Shown: positions 7,838 through 16,931 of the stretch, piece by piece | Position numbering within the stretch: position 1 is the first letter of the stretch | How the letters are laid out: each line of letters starts with the position of its first letter | Assembly (NCBI GenBank): GCA_964407905.1 | Contig: CAYOXJ010000001.1 | Span: forward strand, 25,752-60,744 | Direction: 5' to 3' | DNA length: 34,993 nucleotides | Origin: an uncultured Thermoplasmata archaeon | GTDB taxonomy: Archaea > Thermoplasmatota > Thermoplasmata > UBA10834 | Program-made: the position numbers and the translations under genes | The notes under the pieces: model-generated | What the model was told of the DNA's origin: nothing | The model's database searches: none | The model's input: the letters and a program-made list of their open reading frames with translations, nothing else

Positions 7838-10800
7838 ATGATCAACGTACTTCTCGTCGACCACGACCCGCCCATCTTGGAGCTCACTCAATTCTTTCTT
7901 GAGAGGGACGGGAGGTTCAAGGTGGATACGGCGACTTCTGCGCGTTCCGCCCTTGACAAGATGGCAAGAAAGACCTACGATGCCATTGTGGCGGACTATG
8001 CCATGGCCGAGATGAACGGTCTTGAGTTGCTCAAATTGCTCAGGAACCAGGGCAACGACATTCCGTTCGTCTTGTTCACGGGCAAGGGTCGGGAGGACGT
8101 GGCTATCGAGGCACTGAACTGCGGCGCCGACTACTATCTGCAGAAAGGCGGGGATCCGAAATCGCAGTTCGCCGAGCTCGCACACGTGATTTTCCAATCA
8201 GTGAGCCAGAGGACGGCCGTCGAGGAGCTTCGTGAATCGGAGCGAAGGTTCAGGGAGATGCTGCAGAACATAAGGCACATTGCCGTCCTGCTCGATGCTC
8301 GCGGGAGAATCACTTTCTGCAACGATTACTTCTTGTCCGTGACAGGCTGGGAAAGTGACGAAGTGATGGGGGGCGATTGGTTCGATCTCTTCATCTCTCC
8401 AGAACAAAGAGCGGATATGAGAAAGTACTTCGACATTCTTGTGGGAGGAGGCGAGGTTCCACTCGATCTTGGTCATGAGAACGAGATAGCTACGCGCAAG
8501 GGAGAGAAGCTTCTGATCTCCTGGGATAGCACAATCCTGCGCGATAGAAAGAATAACATCATCGGGACGGCCAGCATCGGCGTTGACATGACGCAGAGCA
8601 GGCTCCGCCAGGAGGCCGAGAAGCAGCTTCGGGAGACGACCTCCCAGCTCGAAGCCATTTTCAAATCATACCCTGACCTGCTGTTCCAACTCACGCCAGA
8701 CGGAACGATTGTGGGCTACAGAGCAGGCCGAATGCAGGATCTCTACGTCCCGCCTGAGCAATTCCTTGGAAAGAGGATAGCGAGCGTTCTGCCCAGCGAC
8801 GCCTCTAAGGTTGTCGTGGACGCAGTCGAAAGGGTAGTCAGAACAGGGTCATTGACATCGTGCAGTTACTCCTTGGTGTTGCAGGATGGGCAGGAGCACT
8901 TCTACGAGGCAAGGCTTCTCCCGGTCTCTGAGGCGAAGATACTCGCAATAGTTAGGGAGATCACTGAGATCAGGAAGAAACAGGAGGAGCTGCGCAAAAG
9001 CGACCAACGGTTCCGGATGTTGGCTGAGAACGCTCAGGACCTGATCTTCCGATACAGGTACCTGCCAGAGCGTGGCTTCGAATACGTGAGCCCCTCGGCA
9101 ACGGCAATCACGGGATATACCCCAGAGGAGCATTACGCTGATCCGGAGCTCGGAACGAAGATCGTTCATCCTGACGACCGGCCAATTCTCGAGGCTCTGA
9201 TGCGCCCTCCAATCACCTCCGCGGGCTCCGTGATGCTGCGATGGATTCGTAAAGACGGTCGGGTGCTCTGGACAGAGATGCGATACACCCCCGTCCTGGA
9301 CAAGGATGGCACTCTGGTTGCGATCGATGGCATGTCTCGTGATATCAGTGACAGGAAACTCGCCGAACAGATGATGCAGCAGAACATAAGGAACATGGCG
9401 ACCCTGCTTGACAGTCTTCCAGGCTATGCTTTCCTGAAGGATTCGCGCAGCGTCTACGTTACCGCCAACGAACGGTTTTGCCGCGCTGTTGGCTGTCCCA
9501 AGGAAGAGATACCAGGAAAGACGGACTACGATCTATTTTCCAGACAAATGGCAGAGAAATTTCGCTCCGATGACCAGCGCGTGTTGAGCAGCGGTGGGCC
9601 GATCTATGTCGGGGAAGAGGACATGATCGAGGGAGACAGGCACATCACGGTCGTCACCCGCAAGGTCCCTATGAGAAGCGATACGGATGATGTAGTTGGC
9701 ATCATCGGACTCGGATTTGACATCACTGAGCGCAAGCATTGGGAGGACGAGCTTAGAAAGAGACTCGAATACGAGAACCTCCTGGCCAAGATATCCGCAG
9801 ATGCTGTGAGGGTTGGCCACCTGGGCGTGTTCCTCAACGAGTCGTTGGGGATGATGGGGGAGCTGATGGATGTTTCTCGTGTGTACATTTTCGAGTACAA
9901 TGATGCTCAGAAGACCTTCAGCAACACCTATGAGTGGGTCTCTTCCGGGGTAAAGTCTGAGAGGGCCACGCTGCAGAACATGCCCGTTTCTAGATTCCCG
10001 TTGTGGATGGAGAAGATGCTGAGGAACGAGATTATCGTTTTTGACGACATCGATGACATACGTAGCGAGGTCGATCGCGAACGCCTGGTTCCACAGGGTA
10101 TCAAATCCATACTCGCTATGCCGCTCTACCTCTCCAACGGCACAATGTACGGCTTCATGGGGATTGAGGAGTGCAAGAGGAAGCGGAAGTGGTCGGAGGA
10201 GGACGCGAACATCCTACGCGCTTTCTCCCGGATAATGACCGATGTCGTCGAACGCAAGGCAATGGAGAGCGCCATATCCGAGAGCGAGGCGAGGTATCGT
10301 GCGGTGTTCGAGAACACAGGCACGGCTATCGCGATATTCGAAGAGGACATGACTATCTCGATGATCAATGACGAGTTCACGAGATTGAGCGGATACAGAA
10401 AGGAAGAGATCGTAGGAAGAAAGTGGACTTCGTTCGTCGCCAAGGAGGACTTGGCCAGGTTGAAGCAGTATCATCAGCTTCGAAGGAAGGATTCCGCCTC
10501 GGCGCCAGCGAGCTACGAATTCCACTATGTGGATAGGGAAGGCAATATGAGGCTAATCCAGGCGACGGTCTCGATGATTCCAGGCACGACAAGGAGCATA
10601 GGGTCGTTCGTCGACGTTACCGAGCTCAAGAAGGCCGAGAGAGCTTTGCTTGAAAGCGGGAGATTCCTCGGCTCCGTGTTCGGAAGCATACAAGATGGCA
10701 TAAGCATCCTCGACAGGGACATGAACATAATCCAAGTCAATTCTGCCATGGAGAAATGGTACTCTCACAAGATGCCTCTGGTTGGAAAGAAGTGCTATGA

Positions 10801-11686
10801 CGCATACCACGGCCGGAAGAAGCACTGCGAAGTCTGCCCGACGATCCGCACGATAAAGACCCAGCAGGCGGCACACGAAGTGGTTCCAAGGATAGGTCCA
10901 ATGGGCGAGACTGTTGGGTGGCTGGATCTGTACAGTTTTCCATTGTTGGATTCCGAGACGGGCGAACTCAAGGGCGTCATCGAGTATGTAAGAGACGCGA
11001 CCGACAGAAAGCGGTACGAGGACGCACTCAAACGCGCAAACGAGAAGCTGCAGCTCCTCGGCAGCGTTACGAGGCATGACGCTCTCAACCAATTATCGGT
11101 CCTCGCCGGATGGCTTGAGATTGCTAGAGGAGCGCCAGGGAACGACACGGTCATGGAATACTTGGATAAGATGAAGGGGGCGGTCGACAGCATCAGAAAC
11201 CAGCTGGAGTTCACGGCGGACTATGAGAAGATGGGATTGAACGAGCCTGCCTGGGTAGACGCTGAGGACGCATTTCGGCGGGGGGTATCGGGCCTCGGGT
11301 TCGAGGGAGTAACAGTGATCTGCAAGCTTGGCGGTCTCGAGGTATTCGCCGACCCGATGTTGGACAAGGTCTTCCACAACCTTCTGGACAACTCCCTGAG
11401 ACACGGCGAGAAGGTGAGTGAGATCAAGGTGCACTTCAAGGAGTCCAAGTCCGGCCTCTCGATCATCTACGAAGACAACGGAATCGGGATACCAGACAAG
11501 GAGAAGAAGCTCATCTTCCATCCTGGACGGGGGAAGCACACTGGCTACGGCCTTTTCATGGTGAACTCGATCCTCGGCATTACTGGTCTGTCGGCCGAGG
11601 AGACAGGCACGCCCGGAGAAGGAGCGCGGTTCGAGGTTCATGTCCCACCAGGCAAGTACAAGGTGGCGGCCGAGGACAAGTCCTGA
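7838..11686 (+). CDS. Hybrid sensor histidine kinase: N-terminal receiver domain, about six PAS domains, one GAF domain, HisKA-like and HATPase_c domains
   Basis: 1282 aa. The REC domain has VLLVDHD...AIVADYAMAEMNG...FTGKG. Repeated PAS-type blocks follow coiled linkers (ESERRFREM, SDQRFRMLAENAQD, SEARYRAVFENTG, and others). A GAF-like region is present (VSRVYIFEY...ILAMPL). The H-box is TRHDALNQL (His at 11075-11077). ATPase motifs are HNLLDNSLRHG, YEDNGIGIP and GYGLFMV. Confidence 0.85.
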   Translation: MINVLLVDHDPPILELTQFFLERDGRFKVDTATSARSALDKMARKTYDAIVADYAMAEMNGLELLKLLRNQGNDIPFVLFTGKGREDVAIEALNCGADYYLQKGGDPKSQFAELAHVIFQSVSQRTAVEELRESERRFREMLQNIRHIAVLLDARGRITFCNDYFLSVTGWESDEVMGGDWFDLFISPEQRADMRKYFDILVGGGEVPLDLGHENEIATRKGEKLLISWDSTILRDRKNNIIGTASIGVDMTQSRLRQEAEKQLRETTSQLEAIFKSYPDLLFQLTPDGTIVGYRAGRMQDLYVPPEQFLGKRIASVLPSDASKVVVDAVERVVRTGSLTSCSYSLVLQDGQEHFYEARLLPVSEAKILAIVREITEIRKKQEELRKSDQRFRMLAENAQDLIFRYRYLPERGFEYVSPSATAITGYTPEEHYADPELGTKIVHPDDRPILEALMRPPITSAGSVMLRWIRKDGRVLWTEMRYTPVLDKDGTLVAIDGMSRDISDRKLAEQMMQQNIRNMATLLDSLPGYAFLKDSRSVYVTANERFCRAVGCPKEEIPGKTDYDLFSRQMAEKFRSDDQRVLSSGGPIYVGEEDMIEGDRHITVVTRKVPMRSDTDDVVGIIGLGFDITERKHWEDELRKRLEYENLLAKISADAVRVGHLGVFLNESLGMMGELMDVSRVYIFEYNDAQKTFSNTYEWVSSGVKSERATLQNMPVSRFPLWMEKMLRNEIIVFDDIDDIRSEVDRERLVPQGIKSILAMPLYLSNGTMYGFMGIEECKRKRKWSEEDANILRAFSRIMTDVVERKAMESAISESEARYRAVFENTGTAIAIFEEDMTISMINDEFTRLSGYRKEEIVGRKWTSFVAKEDLARLKQYHQLRRKDSASAPASYEFHYVDREGNMRLIQATVSMIPGTTRSIGSFVDVTELKKAERALLESGRFLGSVFGSIQDGISILDRDMNIIQVNSAMEKWYSHKMPLVGKKCYDAYHGRKKHCEVCPTIRTIKTQQAAHEVVPRIGPMGETVGWLDLYSFPLLDSETGELKGVIEYVRDATDRKRYEDALKRANEKLQLLGSVTRHDALNQLSVLAGWLEIARGAPGNDTVMEYLDKMKGAVDSIRNQLEFTADYEKMGLNEPAWVDAEDAFRRGVSGLGFEGVTVICKLGGLEVFADPMLDKVFHNLLDNSLRHGEKVSEIKVHFKESKSGLSIIYEDNGIGIPDKEKKLIFHPGRGKHTGYGLFMVNSILGITGLSAEETGTPGEGARFEVHVPPGKYKVAAEDKS

Positions 11687-11771
11687 AGGTGGCGCTTCTC
11701 CAATCTCATTCATTGAGTAGCAACGGTTAATAGCATCCAGGGGTTCTTGTTCTGTGCGAGTCTAGGCCTCG

Positions 11772-12428
11772 ATGGAGGCAGAGAGACACATGGGCCGATC
11801 CATCGCTTCTGTAACCCGGGACCAGATACTCGAGGCAGAGCTGTCCTGGATTTCCAGCCTCGTCCTGTTCTATTCCACAGTCTATCTCGTGCTCAGACTC
11901 GATGTCCTGTGGGTTGTGTTCGGCATCGTGGCTCTCTCATTGTACGTGCTGCCGATTGTCACTTCGCGAGACCCTTTCAGGGCGTTGCCGTGGGAGATGA
12001 CCATCGTCCTTTCCCTTCCCATTCTGCTCCATGTGTCCGAAGGTTCCAGAGCCCTTCGCGAGACAGCGGTGTGGTGGGACGATCTGACCTCGCTGGCCTT
12101 TGCGTTCTCAACGTCCACGATTGGATTCCTGCTGACAATCGAACTCAGGATGTTCACAAGTGTTAGGATGAACAGGCCTTTCGCGATCTTCTTCGTCATC
12201 ATGTTCACATTGGCAATATCCGGTTTCTGGCAGGTCGGAGAGTACGTCGGCGATGTCGTCTTCGGGACACAAAGTCAAGCAACCAATGGCGCAGTCATGG
12301 GGATTATGCTGTGGAGCCTCGTTGGCGGCATCGCGATGGGAATAGTGTACGATGTCTATCTCAAGTCGATGTCCGCTAAGCGTATGAAAGCGCTCGGCCT
12401 GGTGAGCTTGTGGGAGGAGCCTGTGTGA
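11772..12428 (+). CDS. Multi-pass membrane protein of unknown function (paralogue of the next gene)
   Basis: 218 aa with several hydrophobic spans. It shares the block RPFAIFFVIMFTLAISGFWQVGEYVGD with the next ORF (RPFLAFFIVMFTMAFGVVWELLEFGND). It may be DUF2238/YjdF-like, but that is from memory only. Confidence 0.6.
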   Translation: MEAERHMGRSIASVTRDQILEAELSWISSLVLFYSTVYLVLRLDVLWVVFGIVALSLYVLPIVTSRDPFRALPWEMTIVLSLPILLHVSEGSRALRETAVWWDDLTSLAFAFSTSTIGFLLTIELRMFTSVRMNRPFAIFFVIMFTLAISGFWQVGEYVGDVVFGTQSQATNGAVMGIMLWSLVGGIAMGIVYDVYLKSMSAKRMKALGLVSLWEEPV

Positions 12429-13069
12429 AGGAACGACTGAAACTTCTCTCCAGAGCGATGCAGGCAGGCATGGTCGCTGTTGTGATGGCCGGACTGATCA
12501 CGGGCAACTTCACATGGATTCCTGCGGCGTTGCTGTCTTTGTTTGTCAGCGAGGTTCCCTCTCTGCTCAGGCGCGATCTCCGGTTGGTCCTCCCTATTGA
12601 GCTCAACTTCTGGATCGTGTTGGCTCTCTTCTTTCATGTCGTGGCCGGGTTTTCAGGGTTCTACGACCGTGTTCCCGGCTGGGACCATATCACGCATGTG
12701 CTATCCGCATCCCTTGTGGCTGCTCTCGGGTTTGTCTTGGTCGTATCCATTGACAAGTACGTCGACAGCATCTATCTCCCTAGGCCTTTCCTTGCATTTT
12801 TCATCGTGATGTTCACAATGGCGTTCGGGGTCGTGTGGGAGCTCCTGGAGTTCGGGAACGACCAGCTCACTGGCAGCAGGCTCCAGTACTCCCTTTCAGA
12901 TTCGATGATTGACATGATGTTCGACGCGTTCGGGGGGACAATAGTCGCGACGGCGGGGGCCCACTACCTGACACACACGAGCCCAGAACGATTTGTCGAG
13001 TCTTTGCAACTCGATCACGCCAGAGAACGGGTGACCAAGCTTGTTGAGAGACGCAGAGGAATGAGCTGA
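12425..13069 (+). CDS. Multi-pass membrane protein of unknown function (paralogue of the previous gene)
   Basis: The track ORF starts at GTG 12410. I prefer GTG 12425 because GGGAGGAG (12412-12419) sits about 6-7 nt upstream and it forms a GTGA overlap with the preceding stop. ATG 12458 is an alternative start. The protein is hydrophobic and paralogous to 11772-12428. Confidence 0.55.
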   Translation: MKERLKLLSRAMQAGMVAVVMAGLITGNFTWIPAALLSLFVSEVPSLLRRDLRLVLPIELNFWIVLALFFHVVAGFSGFYDRVPGWDHITHVLSASLVAALGFVLVVSIDKYVDSIYLPRPFLAFFIVMFTMAFGVVWELLEFGNDQLTGSRLQYSLSDSMIDMMFDAFGGTIVATAGAHYLTHTSPERFVESLQLDHARERVTKLVERRRGMS

Positions 13070-13077
13070 TTCGAATC

Positions 13078-13692
13078 TCAGACATGACCACTAGATAGTT
13101 TCTTCTCAGCCCAGCGCAAGTCCTCAGGATTGTTCAGATTCCGATAGCTTTCCAGCTCGGGGTCTGCTTCTCGGATCTCCTTCTCTTCGACGTATGCGAT
13201 ATTCAGTTCTTGTAGCGCATCCCGCGGTTTCAGCCTTCCTTTGGCAAGAGCGTGCTCGAAAGCGGTGAGGCACACTTCTCTCTTGTACGCGCCGTGGAGG
13301 GTCTCATATTTCCAGCCAATCTTGGGCATGGCTCCATCCCTCCCAATCGCTCTTGAGATGACTAGTCTGCAGAGACGGGCTTTCAAAAAAGGCGTGTCGC
13401 AAGGACTGACCAAGACATATTCCCCAGCAGCGGCCCTGAATGTCCTTGCCAGCCCTTCCAGAGGTCCAATGTTGTCTCTCTGGTCCTCGACGAATATGAA
13501 TTCCTTTCCCAGAATCTCGTCGTACTCCCGGGTTCTCCCTTTGCCAACGGAGACAAGAGTCTCATCCACAATGCCAGACACCGTTCTTGAGACGTGTACG
13601 ATCAGGGGGACCCCGCCGAGCATGGTCAACCCCTTTTCCTGTCCCATTCTGGTGCTCCGGCCTCCCGCTAGTATTACTCCAGAGAGCATCAT
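13078..13692 (-). CDS. mobA: Molybdenum cofactor guanylyltransferase MobA
   Basis: 204 aa. The N-terminus SGVILAGGRSTRMGQEKGL..LGGVPLI is the MobA nucleotide-binding signature. A downstream SPCDTPF motif is also present. Confidence 0.85.
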   Translation of the reverse strand: MMLSGVILAGGRSTRMGQEKGLTMLGGVPLIVHVSRTVSGIVDETLVSVGKGRTREYDEILGKEFIFVEDQRDNIGPLEGLARTFRAAAGEYVLVSPCDTPFLKARLCRLVISRAIGRDGAMPKIGWKYETLHGAYKREVCLTAFEHALAKGRLKPRDALQELNIAYVEEKEIREADPELESYRNLNNPEDLRWAEKKLSSGHV

Positions 13693-13814
13693 TCACTCAG
13701 AACCGAATCCTGGCTAATCAAGATATCTGCAACCGTGATGAAGCGGCATCAAAGCCAGTAAGCCAAAAAGGTTATAACCGGCCAGACTTTTCGCACAGGA
13801 GCCGGTACTGTTCC

Positions 13815-14861
13815 ATGCCCAAGATAACGATGTCTCAAGGCGCTGGTGGCGAGCGAATGCAAGAGTTCATTCGCGAGTTCGTGCTCAAGGAACTCGATCA
13901 CGACTTCGGCGAGATACCGCTGGCGGCGCTTGACGACGCAGCGATAATCGACGGCATCGCTTTCACGACCGACTCGTACACCGTGAAGCCTCTCTTCTTC
14001 CCGGGCGGGGATATCGGTGTTCTGTCAATTGCCGGCACGGTCAACGATTTGTCGGTCATGGGTGCGACGCCTCTTGCTCTCTCATGTGCCATGATAATCC
14101 AGGAGGGCTTTCCAACGGACGACTTGCACAAGATAATGAAGAGCATGAACAACACGGCAAGAAAGGCGGGCGTGAAGGTCGTCACAGGGGATACGAAGGT
14201 CGTGGAAAAAACAGCTGCTGATGGCCTATTCATCAACACGAGCGGAGTGGGAAAGCGTTCTGAGCACCTCGACCACAATATCGAGGTGGTGAGGAGATCT
14301 AGGACATTCAGATGGAAGTGGCCCAACGATTCGGCTGTGGCACCTGGAGATGTGCTCATTGCTTCGGGGCCGATAGGCAACCACGGTGTTGCTCTGCTGT
14401 CTTTCAGGGAGGGCTATGGATTCGATACAGCGGTCAAGAGCGATGCAGCACCAATGAACCACCTCGTCGAGGACGCGCTGAGCGTCGGCGGAATCACCGC
14501 GATGAAGGATCCGACGCGCGGGGGAGTGGCCAACTTGCTGAACGAGTGGGCGGACAAGTCGAAGGTCGGCATGCGTATCAGAGAAGAGGACCTTCCGATC
14601 GATGAGGCGGTGCTCTCGGCCTGCGAGATGCTGGGCATCGACCCATTGGAGATCGGCAACGAGGGCAAAGTCGTCCTCGCAGTCGTCCCGGAAATGGCGG
14701 ATCATGTGCTCAAGACAATAAGGGCCAGGCCAGAGGGAAAGAAGGCGGCAATAATAGGCGAGGCATCAAAGGACTTGCATGGTGTGATGATGGTCACGCA
14801 TACTGGCGGCAAGAGAGTGGTCGAGCCACCCGCCGGCGATCCTGTGCCGCGAATCTGCTGA
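13815..14861 (+). CDS. hypE: [NiFe]-hydrogenase maturation protein HypE
   Basis: The track ORF 13587-14861 overlaps mobA, so I take ATG 13815 (MPKITMSQGAGGERMQEF...), giving 348 aa. It has an AIR-synthase-like fold, motifs such as DDAA..DG.AFTTDSY and GDTKVV, and the diagnostic C-terminal PRIC. Confidence 0.9.
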   Translation: MPKITMSQGAGGERMQEFIREFVLKELDHDFGEIPLAALDDAAIIDGIAFTTDSYTVKPLFFPGGDIGVLSIAGTVNDLSVMGATPLALSCAMIIQEGFPTDDLHKIMKSMNNTARKAGVKVVTGDTKVVEKTAADGLFINTSGVGKRSEHLDHNIEVVRRSRTFRWKWPNDSAVAPGDVLIASGPIGNHGVALLSFREGYGFDTAVKSDAAPMNHLVEDALSVGGITAMKDPTRGGVANLLNEWADKSKVGMRIREEDLPIDEAVLSACEMLGIDPLEIGNEGKVVLAVVPEMADHVLKTIRARPEGKKAAIIGEASKDLHGVMMVTHTGGKRVVEPPAGDPVPRIC

Positions 14862-14871
14862 GGATCGCCAA

Positions 14872-15348
14872 CTAGATGAACTCGGCCTCTATCTTCCTCA
14901 GAATCTTGGGCAGGGCTTTGGAGACCTCAGGCGTGAGATTCTCGCTGACGTTCGTGACGTCCTCTGCCTCTATTGCGAGGAAGACCACCTCCTTTGGCAT
15001 CTGCTCGGGGATGAGCCTCCTGCCAAGCGCAAGCGCAGTTGCCATGTTTATTCCATGAGGAGAGGACCCGTGAATAGCCTTTTCGAAATCCTTCTCATCC
15101 AGCACGTAGAGCTCACCCGGCCTTCCCTGCTTCGTCTGAATAGCATCTATGATAATGACCCTGTCATATCCTCTGACCACGTCGAGGAGTTCCAGGCCAC
15201 TTGCCGCGAGTTCCTCCACGTTGACCCCGGGAATCTCCTTGTCCCTCAGCCTTCTGGCAACATGGATTCCCACGCCGTCGTCAGATAGGATCGGATTGCC
15301 AACTCCAAGCACTAGGGTCTTCACAGATGTCCGTAGATCATTGGCCAT
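14872..15348 (-). CDS. Hydrogenase maturation endopeptidase (HyaD/HybD/FrhD family)
   Basis: 158 aa. The N-terminus LVLGVGNPILSDDGVGIHVA, the later IIIDA, and the His in GSSPHG are typical of Ni-dependent C-terminal processing proteases. It is the last gene of the mvh cluster. Confidence 0.85.
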   Translation of the reverse strand: MANDLRTSVKTLVLGVGNPILSDDGVGIHVARRLRDKEIPGVNVEELAASGLELLDVVRGYDRVIIIDAIQTKQGRPGELYVLDEKDFEKAIHGSSPHGINMATALALGRRLIPEQMPKEVVFLAIEAEDVTNVSENLTPEVSKALPKILRKIEAEFI

Positions 15349-15386
15349 AATAATCCTGACTCAGCGGTGGCAGGAAAAGCATAGTT

Positions 15387-15402
15387 GGGGGCATGCGCCC
15401 CC
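15387..15402 (-). other. GC-rich hairpin (6-bp G/C stem, 4-nt loop) in the 64-nt spacer between mvhA and the protease gene
   Basis: The plus-strand sequence is GGGGGC-ATGC-GCCCCC. The stem is perfectly complementary. Its function is unknown. Confidence 0.4.
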
Positions 15403-15412
15403 GAGCTGTTGT

Positions 15413-16927
15413 TCAGAAGTTTCTCTGGGCAGTGAGGAGCGAGCCGTCCTTCCGCCTCACGTTGACCTCTAGCGCGGGAGCACCGTTCAAAGCGTGCGTG
15501 CCACACGAGTTGCACGGGTCGTAGCACCTGAAGGCCATCTCGACCTTGTTCAGAAGGCCGGGCGAGATTTCGCCGTTCTTGATCAGAGCCTTCGCTGCCT
15601 GTCTCACGCTCGTGTTTGTCGCAGCGTAGTTGTTGGTCGTCGCCACGATCATGTTAATCTTTGTGCACAGTCCGTTCTTGTCCGCTGCGTAGTGGTGAAT
15701 CAGGGTGCCCCTCGGTGCCTCGCATATGCCCACGCCCTCCTTTGGCTCCTTGAAGGGTCCTCTGATGTCGTCGCTGGTGATGCTCCTGTCGCTCGCGAGT
15801 TCGAGCATCCTCTCGGTCGCATATTGGAGCTCGATCACGCGCGCCCAGTGGAACGCGAGCGTGTGATGGACTGGACCCGTGACTCCGAGGTCCTTCATCG
15901 TCTTCTTGAAGATCTCGTACTCAGCCTGCGCCAGCGGGGTCGTGTACCCCGTGCAGACGTTTATCCTGCCCAGCGGACCAACTCTGTATATGCCGCTGGA
16001 GGCGCCGTCCACGAATCCTTTCCAGCCAACCTTCTTCAGGTATGGCATCTTCATGTAGGTCCAGGGCTCAACATGCTCGGCGATGACGTCCAAGTACTCG
16101 CTGGGCTTAAACTTCACGACCTCCTTGCCAGCCTGATCGACAACGCGTATGTCTCCGTCGTAGAAGTTGGTCTTGTTGTTCTTGTCGACCATGCCCATGT
16201 AGTAGGTCTCGAGGTAGTAGGCATCCTTGTTGAGCACGAAGCCCAGATAGTCCTTGTTGCCCAGCACCACGTCGTGGAACAGCTTGATGGTGAACTTGCC
16301 GAACTCGACGCAGGACTTCGCCATGTCCTCCATCTTCGCGCGCTCCTCCTCACTTATTTGCTTCGAGACGCCTCCGGGCAGGCCGAACACTGGGTGCGTT
16401 GCACGGCCGCCGACGATCTCCTGCACCTTCTGGCCGTAGGACCTGTGCTTGATGACCTCGGCACCTATCGGCACGCCCACGGCATCGACCACGCCCAGAA
16501 CGTTCCTCTTGTTCGAGGGCGCCGACGGGCCGAGCACGAAGTCAGGCGCAGCGAGGGCGTAGAAGTGGGCGATGTGGCTGTGGGTGTACTGCCCCATGTA
16601 GAACAGCTCCCTGAGCTTCTTTGCGGTCTCCGTTGGCGTTGCGTCGAACACCGCGTCCAGCGCCTTCGTCGATGCGATGTGATGTGCGGCTGGACAGACA
16701 CCGCAGAGCCTGTTCGTCAGCACGGGCAACTCCATCACGTGTCTGCCTATACAGAACCTCTCGAATCCCCTCAGCTCTGGGATCTGCAGGTACGCATTCT
16801 CGACGTTCCCTGCATCGTCCAGGAATATCTCGATCTTGCCATGTCCCTCTAGCCTCGTGATGGGGTCAATGGTTATCTTCCTCTCCTTCGTCTTCACTGG
16901 TGTGTCGTTGATAATTGGTCCAGCCAT
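15413..16927 (-). CDS. mvhA: [NiFe] hydrogenase large subunit, Mvh/Vhu-like (group 3c by context)
   Basis: 504 aa. It has RLEGHGKIEI and the N-terminal Ni-Fe ligand motif RLCGVCPAAHH. The C-terminal ligand motif DPCNSCGTH is followed by a 26-aa tail (ALNGAPALEV...), as expected for a protease-cleaved extension. Confidence 0.9.
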   Translation of the reverse strand: MAGPIINDTPVKTKERKITIDPITRLEGHGKIEIFLDDAGNVENAYLQIPELRGFERFCIGRHVMELPVLTNRLCGVCPAAHHIASTKALDAVFDATPTETAKKLRELFYMGQYTHSHIAHFYALAAPDFVLGPSAPSNKRNVLGVVDAVGVPIGAEVIKHRSYGQKVQEIVGGRATHPVFGLPGGVSKQISEEERAKMEDMAKSCVEFGKFTIKLFHDVVLGNKDYLGFVLNKDAYYLETYYMGMVDKNNKTNFYDGDIRVVDQAGKEVVKFKPSEYLDVIAEHVEPWTYMKMPYLKKVGWKGFVDGASSGIYRVGPLGRINVCTGYTTPLAQAEYEIFKKTMKDLGVTGPVHHTLAFHWARVIELQYATERMLELASDRSITSDDIRGPFKEPKEGVGICEAPRGTLIHHYAADKNGLCTKINMIVATTNNYAATNTSVRQAAKALIKNGEISPGLLNKVEMAFRCYDPCNSCGTHALNGAPALEVNVRRKDGSLLTAQRNF

Positions 16928-16931
16928 GTGA

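Noticed and set aside
13587-13814. N-terminal 76 codons of the track hypE ORF.
   Set aside because: This stretch overlaps the 5' end of mobA on the other strand and has no HypE similarity. ATG 13815 starts the conserved HypE N-terminus.
13693-13814. TATA/BRE-like promoter elements: AAAAAGGTTATAAC at about 13766-13779 upstream of hypE, CTAATAAATA at about 7774-7783 upstream of the kinase, and GGTTAATAG at about 11725-11733 upstream of the first membrane protein gene.
   Set aside because: These are plausible archaeal promoter elements 40-55 nt upstream of the start codons. They are too degenerate to call without transcription start site data, so I did not list them as features.
15494-16852. 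A 452-aa plus-strand ORF lies antisense to mvhA. Similar long antisense ORFs lie inside the hdrA genes (18803-20113, 20996-21787, 23011-23991, 24703-25401, 27665-28321, 29198-29806, 32432-33235).
   Set aside because: Their translations are low-complexity (rich in L, R, V, D and H) with no recognisable motifs. Each lies opposite a gene with unambiguous Fe-S or flavin motifs. They are typical shadow ORFs of GC3-rich coding sequence. The recurring MPSVAKSTG(L/R)SFMCASRKN(P/L)S peptide simply mirrors a conserved hdrA segment in all four paralogues.
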